DNA from: Minisyncoccota bacterium
Lineage (GTDB): Bacteria; Patescibacteriota; Minisyncoccia; Phycocordibacterales; SBAW01
Direction of reading: 5' to 3'
Assembly: GCA_018060985.1 (NCBI GenBank)
Contig: JAGOUZ010000001.1
Span: forward strand, 85,057 to 149,056
Length of the DNA: 64,000 bases
The notes under the pieces were generated by a model. It searched no databases. It had not been told where the DNA came from and was given only the letters and a program-made list of their open reading frames with translations. Made by a program: the position numbers and the translations under genes. Below are positions 26,374 to 36,187 of the stretch, one piece after another. Position 1 is the stretch's first letter. The number at the start of each line of letters is the position of its first letter.

Positions 26374-27543
26374 TCAGGCGGTCTTTTCGACGTACCGTTT
26401 TGGTGACTCCCACTTTACCGTTCCCTTCCGGATAATCGCCCGCCAAAACCCCTTGAGGAAGTAAAGGACGTCGACATACCAGATAAAAGGATATGTGGGA
26501 GAGTACAGGATGATGTCCCAGCGTCTTTCGAGCCAGGCAAAGAGTATCGTCGTCGGAAGCGATATTGCGTAGCTCCCGACGGTTAGTGCGCCAAATGCTA
26601 GTAACCCCGAGTACCAAGGGGTACCGAGAGTGACGTAGTAGTCGAGCGTCTTCTGGCTGATCAGATGAAACTGATGGCCAAACACGTTCAGGTCAGCAAG
26701 CCATGACAGCCTGTGAGCAATGAACGGCAGCATGAGAGCCATGATGGGCATCGCGAAGCGCCAAAAGGCCGTCAGGATACCCTCGGTCCAGAGCAGTTTG
26801 CACTCCCAGTCCACACGCTTGGTACCCCAGTAGATCTTGCGTTTGTCGATCACCTGCCACGTGCCGGTGTACCAACGCAACATCTGCTTCATATAGTCGT
26901 TTAGAGTTCGGGGTGTCTGAGTATAGACTTTGGCGTCGACCACATAGGCGATCTTGCCAAGTCTTTCGTGATGGATCTGGATAGTCACATCCATATCCTC
27001 CGATACCGTTCCGCCTTTCCAGTCGAGCTGCTTGAAGACGGAGGTGCGGTACATGCTCGAACACCCGGGAGCAATGCAGACCATACCGAGTTTTCCCTGC
27101 GCCTTCCGGTATATATAGTGTCCGTTGGCGTAGCAGAGCGCCCGATAGGCGGTAAGCCAGTTGTATCTGATCGAGATCGGCCGCCCGCATGCGGCAACCA
27201 CCCACGGATCATCAAAGCTCTTGAGCATCCATGTGAAGTAGTCGACGTCGACGAGGGTGTCGGCATCCATAAGCGCAACGTAGTCGTATTGATTTGTCAG
27301 ATTGAACACCTCAAACGCACGTTCGATGCCGAGGGCCTTGCCGATGTTCGGGTCGTTGCGAAGCACGTTGACACCGAACTCGCGTCCGATGTCCCCAGTA
27401 TTGTCTGTCGAACCGTCATCCACCAGGTAGATATCTTCAGCGCGCGCTCCGGCGGCTATGAGCCCCCGGAGAGTGTTTGGCAGCATCATCTCCTCGTTGT
27501 GAGCAGGGACGATGACGCAGAACTTTTTTCTTGGTTCCCACAT
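26374..27543 (-). CDS. Processive family-2 glycosyltransferase (PgaC/IcaA/chitin-synthase-like) with C-terminal TM helices
   Basis: FCVIVPAHNEE...VDDGSTDNT...MDAD...QMLRWYTG (QxxRW). Four to five C-terminal TM segments. Confidence 0.8.
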   Translation of the reverse strand: MWEPRKKFCVIVPAHNEEMMLPNTLRGLIAAGARAEDIYLVDDGSTDNTGDIGREFGVNVLRNDPNIGKALGIERAFEVFNLTNQYDYVALMDADTLVDVDYFTWMLKSFDDPWVVAACGRPISIRYNWLTAYRALCYANGHYIYRKAQGKLGMVCIAPGCSSMYRTSVFKQLDWKGGTVSEDMDVTIQIHHERLGKIAYVVDAKVYTQTPRTLNDYMKQMLRWYTGTWQVIDKRKIYWGTKRVDWECKLLWTEGILTAFWRFAMPIMALMLPFIAHRLSWLADLNVFGHQFHLISQKTLDYYVTLGTPWYSGLLAFGALTVGSYAISLPTTILFAWLERRWDIILYSPTYPFIWYVDVLYFLKGFWRAIIRKGTVKWESPKRYVEKTA

Positions 27544-27553
27544 ACCCTATTCC

Positions 27554-28159
27554 TTAAGACAGCGCCGATACCCGCAGCTCTTGCTTGAGCGTATAGCGGG
27601 CAGCAGGAAGATTTCTTTCGATAGTGATACGAGGACCAAAGATACTTCCTGGAGCGACGATGCGTCCGGGAAGAATAATGACCTGGATGCCGAGAGACGC
27701 CTTTGCGCCGATATAGGCACCCAACTTGTCGAGCCCGGTGTCACGAAGCGAACCTCTATACATCGCCGAGACCGGGTTACGGTCTAGGCGCTGATTGCTG
27801 GTACGCACCATGGCGCCGAGATAGGCCTCGCTGTCCACGACAGAATCCGCGACGTAGCACATGGGACCAATGAGGACCCTGGTGCCGATCACAGCGTTCT
27901 TGAGTTCGGTTGCAAGACCGATGCGCGAGCCCGCCGCAATTCTGAGCGGGCCGCGCAGCATAGTGTTGTTGCCGATCATGCAGTTTGCACCGATCCACAC
28001 CGGACCTTTGATGGTGGCGCCGGGGCAGATCATTGTATTCGCTCCAATCCGCACATCACCCTCTACGATTGCCGAGCGGGCGATCTTAGCAGAAGGGCTA
28101 ACATACGGATCGAAGTGAGAGCAGAATTGTGCCATTACTCCGAGTTTTTTCCACCACAC
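27554..28159 (-). CDS. Left-handed β-helix (hexapeptide-repeat) acyl/acetyltransferase
   Basis: Repeated [LIV]-G-x-x-x-x-I hexads (IGANTMI, IGANCMIGNNTML, IAAGSRIG, IGTRVLIG). Confidence 0.75.
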   Translation of the reverse strand: MWWKKLGVMAQFCSHFDPYVSPSAKIARSAIVEGDVRIGANTMICPGATIKGPVWIGANCMIGNNTMLRGPLRIAAGSRIGLATELKNAVIGTRVLIGPMCYVADSVVDSEAYLGAMVRTSNQRLDRNPVSAMYRGSLRDTGLDKLGAYIGAKASLGIQVIILPGRIVAPGSIFGPRITIERNLPAARYTLKQELRVSALS

Positions 28160-28179
28160 AGTCTCATTCCTTCCTTGTT

Positions 28180-28800
28180 CTAGAGGACTAGTTTGTACGC
28201 GATGAATGCTTCCGCCGGACCGATGCCGACGAGCTGCCCACGAAAGTGGGCTAAGTCACGCATCACGTTGGGCTGTGTGTAAGGGCGGTCGCACTGACTT
28301 GTATGTAGCGCGAGCGCCGCTATCTTCTTGTCGAGCACCCGTTCGTCGAAGCCCTCGAACACCTGCGGAGTGAAGTTGGTCCAACTCGACGGTGTCTCGT
28401 AGCAAATGATCTGACCTGCTGGGCGACACGCCACAACAGACGCCTCAAAGGCCGTGCGATGATCCTGATGCTTGTCTCTCTCGAACATTGTGTATACCCT
28501 GTCGGGTTTTATGGCGTTGGAATGACCTTCGATGAAGGTAATTATTTCGGTGAGATGGTTGTACATCTTGGTGTCTGGAAAGTCCTCTGTGTGGACGTCC
28601 GTGACACCAAGCAAGGCAAGCGCCTCGGTCGTCTCCTGAAGACGATCGGTATTATGACGATTGCCGACCGCGCCATTACTAAGAACGAGCGCACGGACGT
28701 GCGTCCCGCACTCAGCGAACTTTGCAATACTGCCGCCACATCCCAGCTCGATATCGTCTGGGTGGGCGCCGATCGCGAGAATTGTCTGCAATTTCCTCAT
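28180..28800 (-). CDS. PIG-L/LmbE-family N-acetylglucosaminyl deacetylase
   Basis: ILAIGAHPDDIELGCGGSIAKF...HQDHR. Start taken at MRKLQT, which has an upstream AAGGTG RBS; the ORF extends 20 codons further. Confidence 0.8.
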   Translation of the reverse strand: MRKLQTILAIGAHPDDIELGCGGSIAKFAECGTHVRALVLSNGAVGNRHNTDRLQETTEALALLGVTDVHTEDFPDTKMYNHLTEIITFIEGHSNAIKPDRVYTMFERDKHQDHRTAFEASVVACRPAGQIICYETPSSWTNFTPQVFEGFDERVLDKKIAALALHTSQCDRPYTQPNVMRDLAHFRGQLVGIGPAEAFIAYKLVL

Positions 28801-28980
28801 TTCACACCTTCTATTTCGATTCATGTCAAGGGTCGGTCCCTGGAGCGCAGCATACCACATAATTTTACATTTTTCAATGTTTATGCGGCTATAAAAATCT
28901 TTGACACATTAAACAACGCGTGTTAGATTGTGCGCGGCGTTCTATGTAAGAAAGCCGACCCAAAACCGGAGACCTTGAGA

Positions 28981-29823
28981 ATGAAAAAGATGATCGGACT
29001 GTTCGTGGCTGCCGCATTGCTGGCAGTTACGCCCTTCTCTGCCTTTGCGGCCGACGATACCCTTCCCATCCCCAAGCTCCGCATCGACGCCAAGAAGAGG
29101 ATGCCCATGATCAGCATCTCCTTCGACGTCGCCGACAAGGACAACGCGCTCGGCGCATCGCTCGCCCTGCTCAAGAAGTACGATCTTCCGGCAACATTCT
29201 TCCTCACCACCGGCGGAGTCGGCTATGATGGCGGGCTCTCCTGGCAGGAAGTCCAGAACTACATCTCGCTCGGATACGAGGTCGCATCGCGCGGCCACAC
29301 CGGCGCAGACATGATCAAGACCAACATGAGCGCCGACGCCATTTCGGCCTCGATCGCGACGTCTACCTGGAACATCGCTCGCGAGACGGGAGCTATCGCA
29401 ACCGTCTTTTCGACAGCCTGGAACGCCGGCAACGACGTGTCGTCCAGTGCGGCACGGGCACTCCATCTCGCCGTCGTGTCCACCAGCGACTACGGCGCCA
29501 TCGTGGGAGCCGGGCAGAACGACCTCGCGGGGATCGGCGACGGGGCCATCAGCCGCGTCATGCTGACCAATGCGACGGACTACGGCGAGATCTGCGACAA
29601 GGTCGCGTTTGCGGCGTCCGACCATCGGTGGCTGAACATCGGCATCATGCAGGTCGTGAAGGACCCGAAGGCGTCAGCCCCCGAGTGGTACGACATCTCG
29701 ACGGCGAACCTCGACCTGGTCTTCGAATGCATCTCCATCTATGCCAATGCCGGCCTGATCAAGCCGGTCACCATCAGCGAGGGCCTCAAGGCCATCGCGC
29801 CGGCCAAGGTTGCGGCCAAGTAA
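28981..29823 (+). CDS. Secreted NodB-homology-like protein with degenerate catalytic motifs
   Basis: Signal MKKMIGLFVAAALLAVTPFSAFA, preceded by a GGAGA RBS. ISISFDVADKDNALG...LPATFFLTTGG...SRGHTGADM replaces the TFDDG / HxxxH motifs. Confidence 0.5.
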   Translation: MKKMIGLFVAAALLAVTPFSAFAADDTLPIPKLRIDAKKRMPMISISFDVADKDNALGASLALLKKYDLPATFFLTTGGVGYDGGLSWQEVQNYISLGYEVASRGHTGADMIKTNMSADAISASIATSTWNIARETGAIATVFSTAWNAGNDVSSSAARALHLAVVSTSDYGAIVGAGQNDLAGIGDGAISRVMLTNATDYGEICDKVAFAASDHRWLNIGIMQVVKDPKASAPEWYDISTANLDLVFECISIYANAGLIKPVTISEGLKAIAPAKVAAK

Positions 29824-29952
29824 CAACCACCTGTGCGAAATTGAGCGGGACCTACGGGTCCCGCTTTTTCTATATTAATTAGTATAGAGAGTATTGACAT
29901 TTTTGCTTTTTTGATGTAAACCAATTTCAGATTCCCGGTTTTGGAGGCGAAT

Positions 29953-30558
29953 GTGAACGCACATCGAGTGATCTGCCCAGCTCTCGCCTTGTGCCTTATG
30001 GCCTTAGCGGGATTCACCGAAAAACTGACAGACTCTAACCCCTGCCCTAATGGCTGGGACAACATGGGTGGCTTCAATATTACGGGCTATTACGCCCCAA
30101 CTGAAGAAGAGTTCGACGGTAAGAGCAAGAAAGTCAAAGTAAATGGGGTATGGCGTACCATAAACGCCGACTTTCTGGACGCCGTCAGCGACCACGACGG
30201 CAATGGCGAAGGGTGGGGCCGAACTCAAAAAGGCGATTTCATCGGTTACTACGACAACCATTGGAGCTCTTCTCCCCACCCTCTCGACGAGCAAGGGAAC
30301 GAGCTCCGCATCGGCACTGTCGCCGTCGATCCCGCAATGATCGAACCTGGCTCGCAGGTGATGATCCTTACGCTCCCCGAGACTGAGTTCTTTGATCCGG
30401 ACACGGTTTTTAGTGCCACTGACACGGGCACTCAGATTCGAGACAAACATATCGATATTTACACCGGTGTGGGACCCGAAGCCAGAGAAGCCATGTTCAC
30501 CATCACTTCCCTGGAAAACGCTGCCGAGGTCTGCATATTGGGCCCGTCAGATCAATAA
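29953..30558 (+). CDS. 3D-domain protein (MltA/YuiC-like cell-wall associated)
   Basis: GTG start after a GGAGG RBS; signal VNAHRVICPALALCLMALAGF. C-terminal TDTGTQIRDKHIDIYTG, typical of the 3D domain. Confidence 0.6.
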   Translation: MNAHRVICPALALCLMALAGFTEKLTDSNPCPNGWDNMGGFNITGYYAPTEEEFDGKSKKVKVNGVWRTINADFLDAVSDHDGNGEGWGRTQKGDFIGYYDNHWSSSPHPLDEQGNELRIGTVAVDPAMIEPGSQVMILTLPETEFFDPDTVFSATDTGTQIRDKHIDIYTGVGPEAREAMFTITSLENAAEVCILGPSDQ

Positions 30559-30568
30559 AAGAAGCCTC

Positions 30569-30600
30569 GCGCGACCGCCCTGCGGTCGCGCTTTCTATTT
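30569..30600 (+). terminator. GC hairpin plus T-run at the right edge of the GC-rich island
   Basis: gcgcgaccgccctgcggtcgcgc followed by tttctattt. Confidence 0.55.
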
Positions 30601-30809
30601 CCACCAAATGAGCCGAAATTTCGATACACAACTTCAAAAAATGCCGTTGCTTTTTTGAGAAAAAGTTCTCCACTTTCTTATACACACGCAACTTGCGTAA
30701 ATGCACATGTAACCATCAGACAGACCTCGGTATACTTGATAGTCCAAGTGTCAGGTATACCAAAAGGGGCGTCTAAAAGATTATTAGCTACTTAATAAGA
30801 AAGAGCGGC

Positions 30810-33800
30810 ATGTCCACCACCCAAAAAATTAAAAAAAGAAACGGAGAAATAGTCGACTTTAAACCTGAAAAGATTAATGTCGCAATAAAAAAAGCGTTTG
30901 CCGCAACGCTGGGTGATGCTCATGAATCGGAGGCAGATGCAATAACAAAACTTATTGTAGACACCATTGATGCAAAATTCGGCAACACAGCACTCCTTCC
31001 AACAGTGGAAGCAATTCAGGATCTGGTAGAAAACGCGTTGATGGACCGCACCTTCTTTACGGTTGCAAAAGCCTACATCATTTACCGCTACGAACACGAG
31101 AAAATCCGCCGAGAAGAAAAAGAGAAAATTGTTGAAAAAATTATCGATAATGAGCTTTATATAACCAAAAGAAATGGCTCAAGAGAGCGCTTTTCTGAAA
31201 GTAAGCTCACCCGCACCCTCCTGCGCGCCGCAGAAGGCTATGACCGCGTTATAGACGTACCTTCTATCATCTCCAAAGTGCGCCAGGAAATGTACGACGG
31301 CATTAAAACGCGGGAGATCCACGAAGTGTTGGTGATGGTGGTGCGCTCATTTATTGAACGCGACCCGGCACACTCTACCGTTGCCGCGCGTCTTTTGATG
31401 CAGTCTATATATCATGAAGTAATGGGCGAGGTTGATTATGAAAGACTCGAAGAAGTGCACCGCAATGGTTTTATCGACGCCATAAAGCGCGGTGTGTCTA
31501 TCGGCCAGTTCGACCCACGCATGCTCGACTTTGATTTGCCCAAGCTTGCTGAAGCACTCCAGGTTGAGCGCGACCTTGAGTTTAAGTACCTTGGCCTCCA
31601 GACCCTCCAGACCAACTACCTATCTAAAGAGCACGGCACGCGGAAGATCCTCGAAACACCGCAGATGTTCTGGATGCGTATCGCTATGGGCTGCGCCTTG
31701 GCAGAAAAGACCGTTGAGGAGCGCGAGCGCCACGCCATAGAGTTCTACGAGATTATGTCGGCTATGTACTATACGCCGTCTTCACCAACCCTCTATCACT
31801 CGGGCCTTATGAAGCCCCAGCTCTCATCCTGCTTCCTTGCCACCGTTCCAGACGACCTCCACCAGATCTTTGCTGAGTACTCAGACGGTGCCCAGCTCCT
31901 TAAATATGCTGGCGGCCTTGGTACCGACTGGACCCCAGTTCGTGCGACCGGCTCATTGGTTAAGACAACTGGTGTAGAGAGCCAGGGCGTAATTCCATTC
32001 CTTAAGATTGCTAACGACGTCACTATCTCGATTAACCGCTCCGGCCGCCGTCGCGGCGCCGCAGCCGTGTACCTCGAGTATTGGCACCTAGATATTGAGG
32101 ACTTTATGGAGCTCCGTAAGAACACCGGTGACGAGCGGCGCCGTGCCCACGATCTCAACACCGCCACCTGGATCCCCGACCTCTTTATGAAGCGCCTCCG
32201 CGAAGACGGTTACTGGACGCTCTTTAGCCCATCAGATGTTCCTGACCTGCACGAAATCTACGGCCGCAAGTTTGAGGAAGCCTATACCAAGTACGAACAA
32301 ATGGCAGAAGCTGGGCAAATCCCCCACCACAAAAAGATTCGCGCCGCAGAAATCTGGCGCAAGCACCTCACCATGCTCTTCGAAACTGGCCATCCTTGGA
32401 TTACCTGGAAGGACCCTTCTAACATCCGCTCCCCTCAGGACCATGTAGGAGTTGTGCACTCATCGAACCTCTGCACCGAAATTACACTTAACTCTTCTGC
32501 TACCGAGACCGCCGTCTGTAACCTTGGGTCAATTAACATGGCTAAGTTTGTGGTTAACGGCAAGTTTGACCGCGACCTCGTTGCCCGCGTAGTCCCTGTA
32601 GCTATGCGCATGCTCGACAACGTCATTGACGTTAACTACTATCCGACCGAAAAGACCAAGCGCTCTAATGCCCGCCACCGCCCAGTAGGCCTTGGCCTCC
32701 GCGGCTTGCAGGATGCACTGTATAAGCTGAATATCAACTTCGATACCGAAGAGGCTGTGCGCTTTAGCGACGAGTCCATGGAGGCAATCTCCTACCACGC
32801 CATCCTTTCTTCTGCCCTTTTGGCAAAAGAGCGCGGAGCCTACGAGACCTACAAAGGCTCTAAATGGGACCGCGGTATCTTGCCACAAGACACGCTTAAC
32901 CTGCTTGAACACGAGCGCGGTATGCGCATCGATGTGCCTCGCCACGAGACTCTAGACTGGCGCCTGGTGCGTGAAGCCGTTCGCCAGTGGGGTATGCGCA
33001 ATAGCAATACCATGGCTAACGCTCCCACTGCAACGACTGCCAACATTGCTGGCTGCTACCCAACTATCGAGCCTATCTACAAGAACCTCTACGTTAAGAG
33101 CAATATGGCCGGCGACTTTATGGTCGTTAACGACTACTTGGTTGAAGACCTCAAGAGCCTCGGCCTCTGGAACGAAGACATGCTCGAAAAGATTAAATAC
33201 CACGACGGCAGCATCCAAGAAATCCTCGAGATCCCGCAGGCAATGCGCGACAAGTACAAAGAAGTGTTTGAGATCGAACCGCAGTGGCTTATTAAAGCAG
33301 CTGCCTACCGCGGCCGCTGGATAGACCAAAGCCAGTCGCTCAACATCTTCTACAGCGGACAGAGCGGCAAAGTGCTTTCAGAAATCTATCAGTACGCTTG
33401 GAGTCTTGGCCTTAAAACCACCTACTACCTGCGCACCATGGGCGCCAGCCGTATTGAAAAATCGACGGTTAACCTCGCCAAATTCGGCGGCACCAGCAAA
33501 GGCGACACCTCAGTAGCCTCCTCACCACAAGGCTCAGTTCCATCAACAGTGATTATTGAAGAAACAATAACCGTAGCCTCTATCAACCAAAGCCCTCTTT
33601 TAACCGCCGTAATTAACGAACGCGCCATGTATACCGAGCCCACACCCTCAACTCCCTCTATGGGCTTCATGGCGCCCTCTGCAGCCTCAACACCTGCCCC
33701 AGCACCTCAGGCAACACCGGTAGTTACCGCATCGGTCGGAATCCCAAGCTTTAGCGAAAGCACGGTCGTAAAGAACTTCGTTGGCCCAACTGGCAAGCGG

Positions 33801-33845
33801 GTGGAGGTAGTAAATAGCCAAGAGTGCGAGAGTTGCTCGGCATAG
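30810..33845 (+). CDS. nrdA: Ribonucleoside-diphosphate reductase alpha subunit (class I), with a ~150-aa low-complexity C-terminal extension ending in a Cys pair
   Basis: ATP-cone KKRNGEIVDFKPEKINVAIKKAF. Catalytic NLCTEI. C-terminal ...QECESCSA. Confidence 0.9.
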   Translation: MSTTQKIKKRNGEIVDFKPEKINVAIKKAFAATLGDAHESEADAITKLIVDTIDAKFGNTALLPTVEAIQDLVENALMDRTFFTVAKAYIIYRYEHEKIRREEKEKIVEKIIDNELYITKRNGSRERFSESKLTRTLLRAAEGYDRVIDVPSIISKVRQEMYDGIKTREIHEVLVMVVRSFIERDPAHSTVAARLLMQSIYHEVMGEVDYERLEEVHRNGFIDAIKRGVSIGQFDPRMLDFDLPKLAEALQVERDLEFKYLGLQTLQTNYLSKEHGTRKILETPQMFWMRIAMGCALAEKTVEERERHAIEFYEIMSAMYYTPSSPTLYHSGLMKPQLSSCFLATVPDDLHQIFAEYSDGAQLLKYAGGLGTDWTPVRATGSLVKTTGVESQGVIPFLKIANDVTISINRSGRRRGAAAVYLEYWHLDIEDFMELRKNTGDERRRAHDLNTATWIPDLFMKRLREDGYWTLFSPSDVPDLHEIYGRKFEEAYTKYEQMAEAGQIPHHKKIRAAEIWRKHLTMLFETGHPWITWKDPSNIRSPQDHVGVVHSSNLCTEITLNSSATETAVCNLGSINMAKFVVNGKFDRDLVARVVPVAMRMLDNVIDVNYYPTEKTKRSNARHRPVGLGLRGLQDALYKLNINFDTEEAVRFSDESMEAISYHAILSSALLAKERGAYETYKGSKWDRGILPQDTLNLLEHERGMRIDVPRHETLDWRLVREAVRQWGMRNSNTMANAPTATTANIAGCYPTIEPIYKNLYVKSNMAGDFMVVNDYLVEDLKSLGLWNEDMLEKIKYHDGSIQEILEIPQAMRDKYKEVFEIEPQWLIKAAAYRGRWIDQSQSLNIFYSGQSGKVLSEIYQYAWSLGLKTTYYLRTMGASRIEKSTVNLAKFGGTSKGDTSVASSPQGSVPSTVIIEETITVASINQSPLLTAVINERAMYTEPTPSTPSMGFMAPSAASTPAPAPQATPVVTASVGIPSFSESTVVKNFVGPTGKRVEVVNSQECESCSA

Positions 33846-33898
33846 ACTGCACTCTGTCAATCTTGTTCAACATTAAAAGCTAGTTAGAATACTCCTGT

Positions 33899-34894
33899 AT
33901 GGCAGGGATCATAAATGGTGCGTCCAGTACCGACCCGAACAAGATACTTCCGATGAAGTACCCGTGGGCACGTACTCACTATAAAAAAGGTGTGGCAAAC
34001 AACTGGGTACCGGAAGAGGTTTCGATGCAGCAAGACGTTGAGCTTTGGAAGAAACCCGGTGCACTCAGCGAAGACGAGCGCCGCATGATCCTCTGGAACC
34101 TCGGCTTCTTTTCTACTGCCGAGTCTCTTACCGGCAACAACTTGGTGCTCGCAATCTATCGTCACATCTCTAACCCAGAAGCGCGTCAGTACCTACTCCG
34201 CCAAGCGTACGAAGAAGCCGTACACACCGACACCTTCATTTACTGCTGCGACACGCTCGGCCTCAACCCCGACGAGATCTACAACATGTACCTCACCATC
34301 CCATCTATCAAAGACAAGGATGACTTTGTGGTGGAGATAACCAAGAGCGTATTTGATCCGGGCTTTACGACTGAAGGCACCGAAAACATGCAGAAGTTCG
34401 TGCATGACCTCGTGGGCTTCTACGTAATCATGGAGGGTATCTTCTTTTACGCAGGATTTGTGATGATGCTCTCGATGCTCCGCAAAAACCGTATGGTAGG
34501 CATTGGCGAACAATTCCAGTTTATCCTCCGCGACGAGTCGGTACACTTGGCCTTTGGCGCTGACCTTATTAACACCATTGTGCAAGAGAATCCGCAGATC
34601 TGGACCACAGAATATAAAGAAACGCTTACAAAAAACATTATGCGTGGCGTTGAGCTTGAAAAGAAGTATGCCGATGACGCACTCCCGCGCGGTATTGTTG
34701 GCCTCAGCCCAACCACGATTAAGCAATATATAGAGCACATTGCCGACCGTCGCCTAGAGCGCATTGGCCTCCAGCGCCAGTATCACAAAGACAACCCCTT
34801 CCCTTGGATGTCAGAGATTATTGACATGCCGAAAGAGAAGAACTTCTTCGAAACCCGCGTTACGGAGTACAAAACCGGAGAACTAGACTGGTAG
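33899..34894 (+). CDS. nrdB: Ribonucleotide reductase beta (R2) subunit
   Basis: Ferritin-like di-iron motifs (EAVHTDTF..., ESVHLAFG). Located 54 nt after nrdA. Confidence 0.9.
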   Translation: MAGIINGASSTDPNKILPMKYPWARTHYKKGVANNWVPEEVSMQQDVELWKKPGALSEDERRMILWNLGFFSTAESLTGNNLVLAIYRHISNPEARQYLLRQAYEEAVHTDTFIYCCDTLGLNPDEIYNMYLTIPSIKDKDDFVVEITKSVFDPGFTTEGTENMQKFVHDLVGFYVIMEGIFFYAGFVMMLSMLRKNRMVGIGEQFQFILRDESVHLAFGADLINTIVQENPQIWTTEYKETLTKNIMRGVELEKKYADDALPRGIVGLSPTTIKQYIEHIADRRLERIGLQRQYHKDNPFPWMSEIIDMPKEKNFFETRVTEYKTGELDW

Positions 34895-34917
34895 CGGCTT
34901 AATTCTTAAATACAAAA

Positions 34918-34939
34918 GCCGCGGCACGTATGCCGCGGC
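34918..34939. terminator. Hairpin between the convergent nrdB and sigma-factor genes
   Basis: gccgcggcacgtatgccgcggc, with a T-run on the minus-strand side. Confidence 0.45.
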
Positions 34940-34956
34940 AGATAACTTCGCACAGT

Positions 34957-35838
34957 TTAACTCGGAACAGTCTCTAGATACTCTCTGAGCGCTTCCTGGA
35001 CTCGCTTCATCCGCGGAGAGCCCATGCGTTCCATATCAACTCCAGCCGACTGGAACAAAAAGGTAAAGATACGCTGGTTTACCTGTTGGGCGCGCCCAGA
35101 CGTTATTCCATGTGCAGCACCCAGATCCTTGTGCCGAAGCTGCCTCCCATTCGGCCTGTAGTACTGCCAGAAGATCTTTTTGTCTCTCTCAGAGATCTCT
35201 GGGTGAGAGTCGATATTCTGCAACAGCGCATCAACGCGCAACCGCGCACTCTTCGACTCTTCCTGAGCAATGAGCGCCTCTTCTGGACTGATCGCATCAT
35301 CAGGCAAAAATGAACCGAGGCTTTCTGACCCTGGCTCTCCTACGGGTGAATCGAGCGAGACCGTATTCACCGCCTTCGCTAGCTGCCACTCCCTCACCTG
35401 ATCAAGGGAGACGCCCAGTTGTTCCGAGAGTTCCTGGTCGGTGGGCGTCCTCCCATTCTGTCGTTCAAAGTCTTCAGTGGTGTGCTCCATTCTATTGAGC
35501 GTGCACATCAGATGATCTGCCCGACCCACACGAGAGACACCCTTTCGTACTGCCTCTTGCATAGCACTGCGGACCTTTCGGGCCATGTAGGTACCAAATC
35601 GGGTATTTCTGCTCGGATCAAAATCTTTTGCTTTGTTGGTGAGCTTGATGAGGCCAATTTGCACAAGATCATCATATGATACGAAATTATTCGCGTATCC
35701 ATGTGCCAACTTCCGCACCAGCGGAATATGTGCAACGACGAGCCGATTGAGTGCGGCTGTGCTGCCGGCATGCATACGCTCCGCAAGTTCTGCCTCTTCC
35801 TCACGAGTGAGGAATTTCACTTTACCGTTGAGTGGCAT
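34957..35838 (-). CDS. Sigma-70 family RNA polymerase sigma factor (group 3-like; regions 2-4)
   Basis: YDDLVQIGLIKLTNKAKDFDPSRNTRFGTYMARKVRSAMQEAVRK (region 2). C-terminal HTH LGAAHGITSGRAQQVNQR. Start moved to the Met preceded by a GGAGAGGG RBS. Confidence 0.8.
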   Translation of the reverse strand: MPLNGKVKFLTREEEAELAERMHAGSTAALNRLVVAHIPLVRKLAHGYANNFVSYDDLVQIGLIKLTNKAKDFDPSRNTRFGTYMARKVRSAMQEAVRKGVSRVGRADHLMCTLNRMEHTTEDFERQNGRTPTDQELSEQLGVSLDQVREWQLAKAVNTVSLDSPVGEPGSESLGSFLPDDAISPEEALIAQEESKSARLRVDALLQNIDSHPEISERDKKIFWQYYRPNGRQLRHKDLGAAHGITSGRAQQVNQRIFTFLFQSAGVDMERMGSPRMKRVQEALREYLETVPS

Positions 35839-36187
35839 TATCCCTCTCCTCTGAGTAAGAAGGTTGCTTCTAAATCGCAGAATCTCACACAATATATAAG
35901 GAGTCAATAGGTCATAGCGTAAAGGAAAACTGCCAGCATCACTTAATAGAAAGAGCCCCGTATGAAGGGGGCTCTCGCAAAGCCTGCGACCTAATGCAGG
36001 GTAACTGCTGAAGTTTGAATTCCTGCCACCTTAGCCGCCTGTTGAGCAAGGAGAAGAGCCCTTCTCACTGCCCCTTGGGGCGTACTGGCGCCATACAGGC
36101 GTTGCACATCTTGGATAGTATGCGACTTAGGATTGGGTTTCTTTTCCAAAGTATCCTCCCTTTGTTCAGCTACACCTATGGTACCTA

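Noticed and set aside
25252-27588. Long ORFs in alternative frames across the GC-rich island (25252..25740 -, 25578..26435 +, 26693..27205 -, 26968..27588 +)
   Set aside because: High-GC DNA generates long stop-free shadow frames. Their translations are Arg/Pro/Ala-rich without domains, whereas the chosen frames carry CE4/GT2/LbH motifs and very high GC3.
28942-29625. 227-aa minus-strand ORF
   Set aside because: Antisense to the signal-peptide-bearing NodB-like gene; Arg/Gly/Asp-rich shadow frame.
25285-30600. Prophage/integrative element interpretation of the GC-rich island
   Set aside because: No integrase, tRNA attachment site, direct repeats or phage structural genes. The content is purely glycan metabolism.
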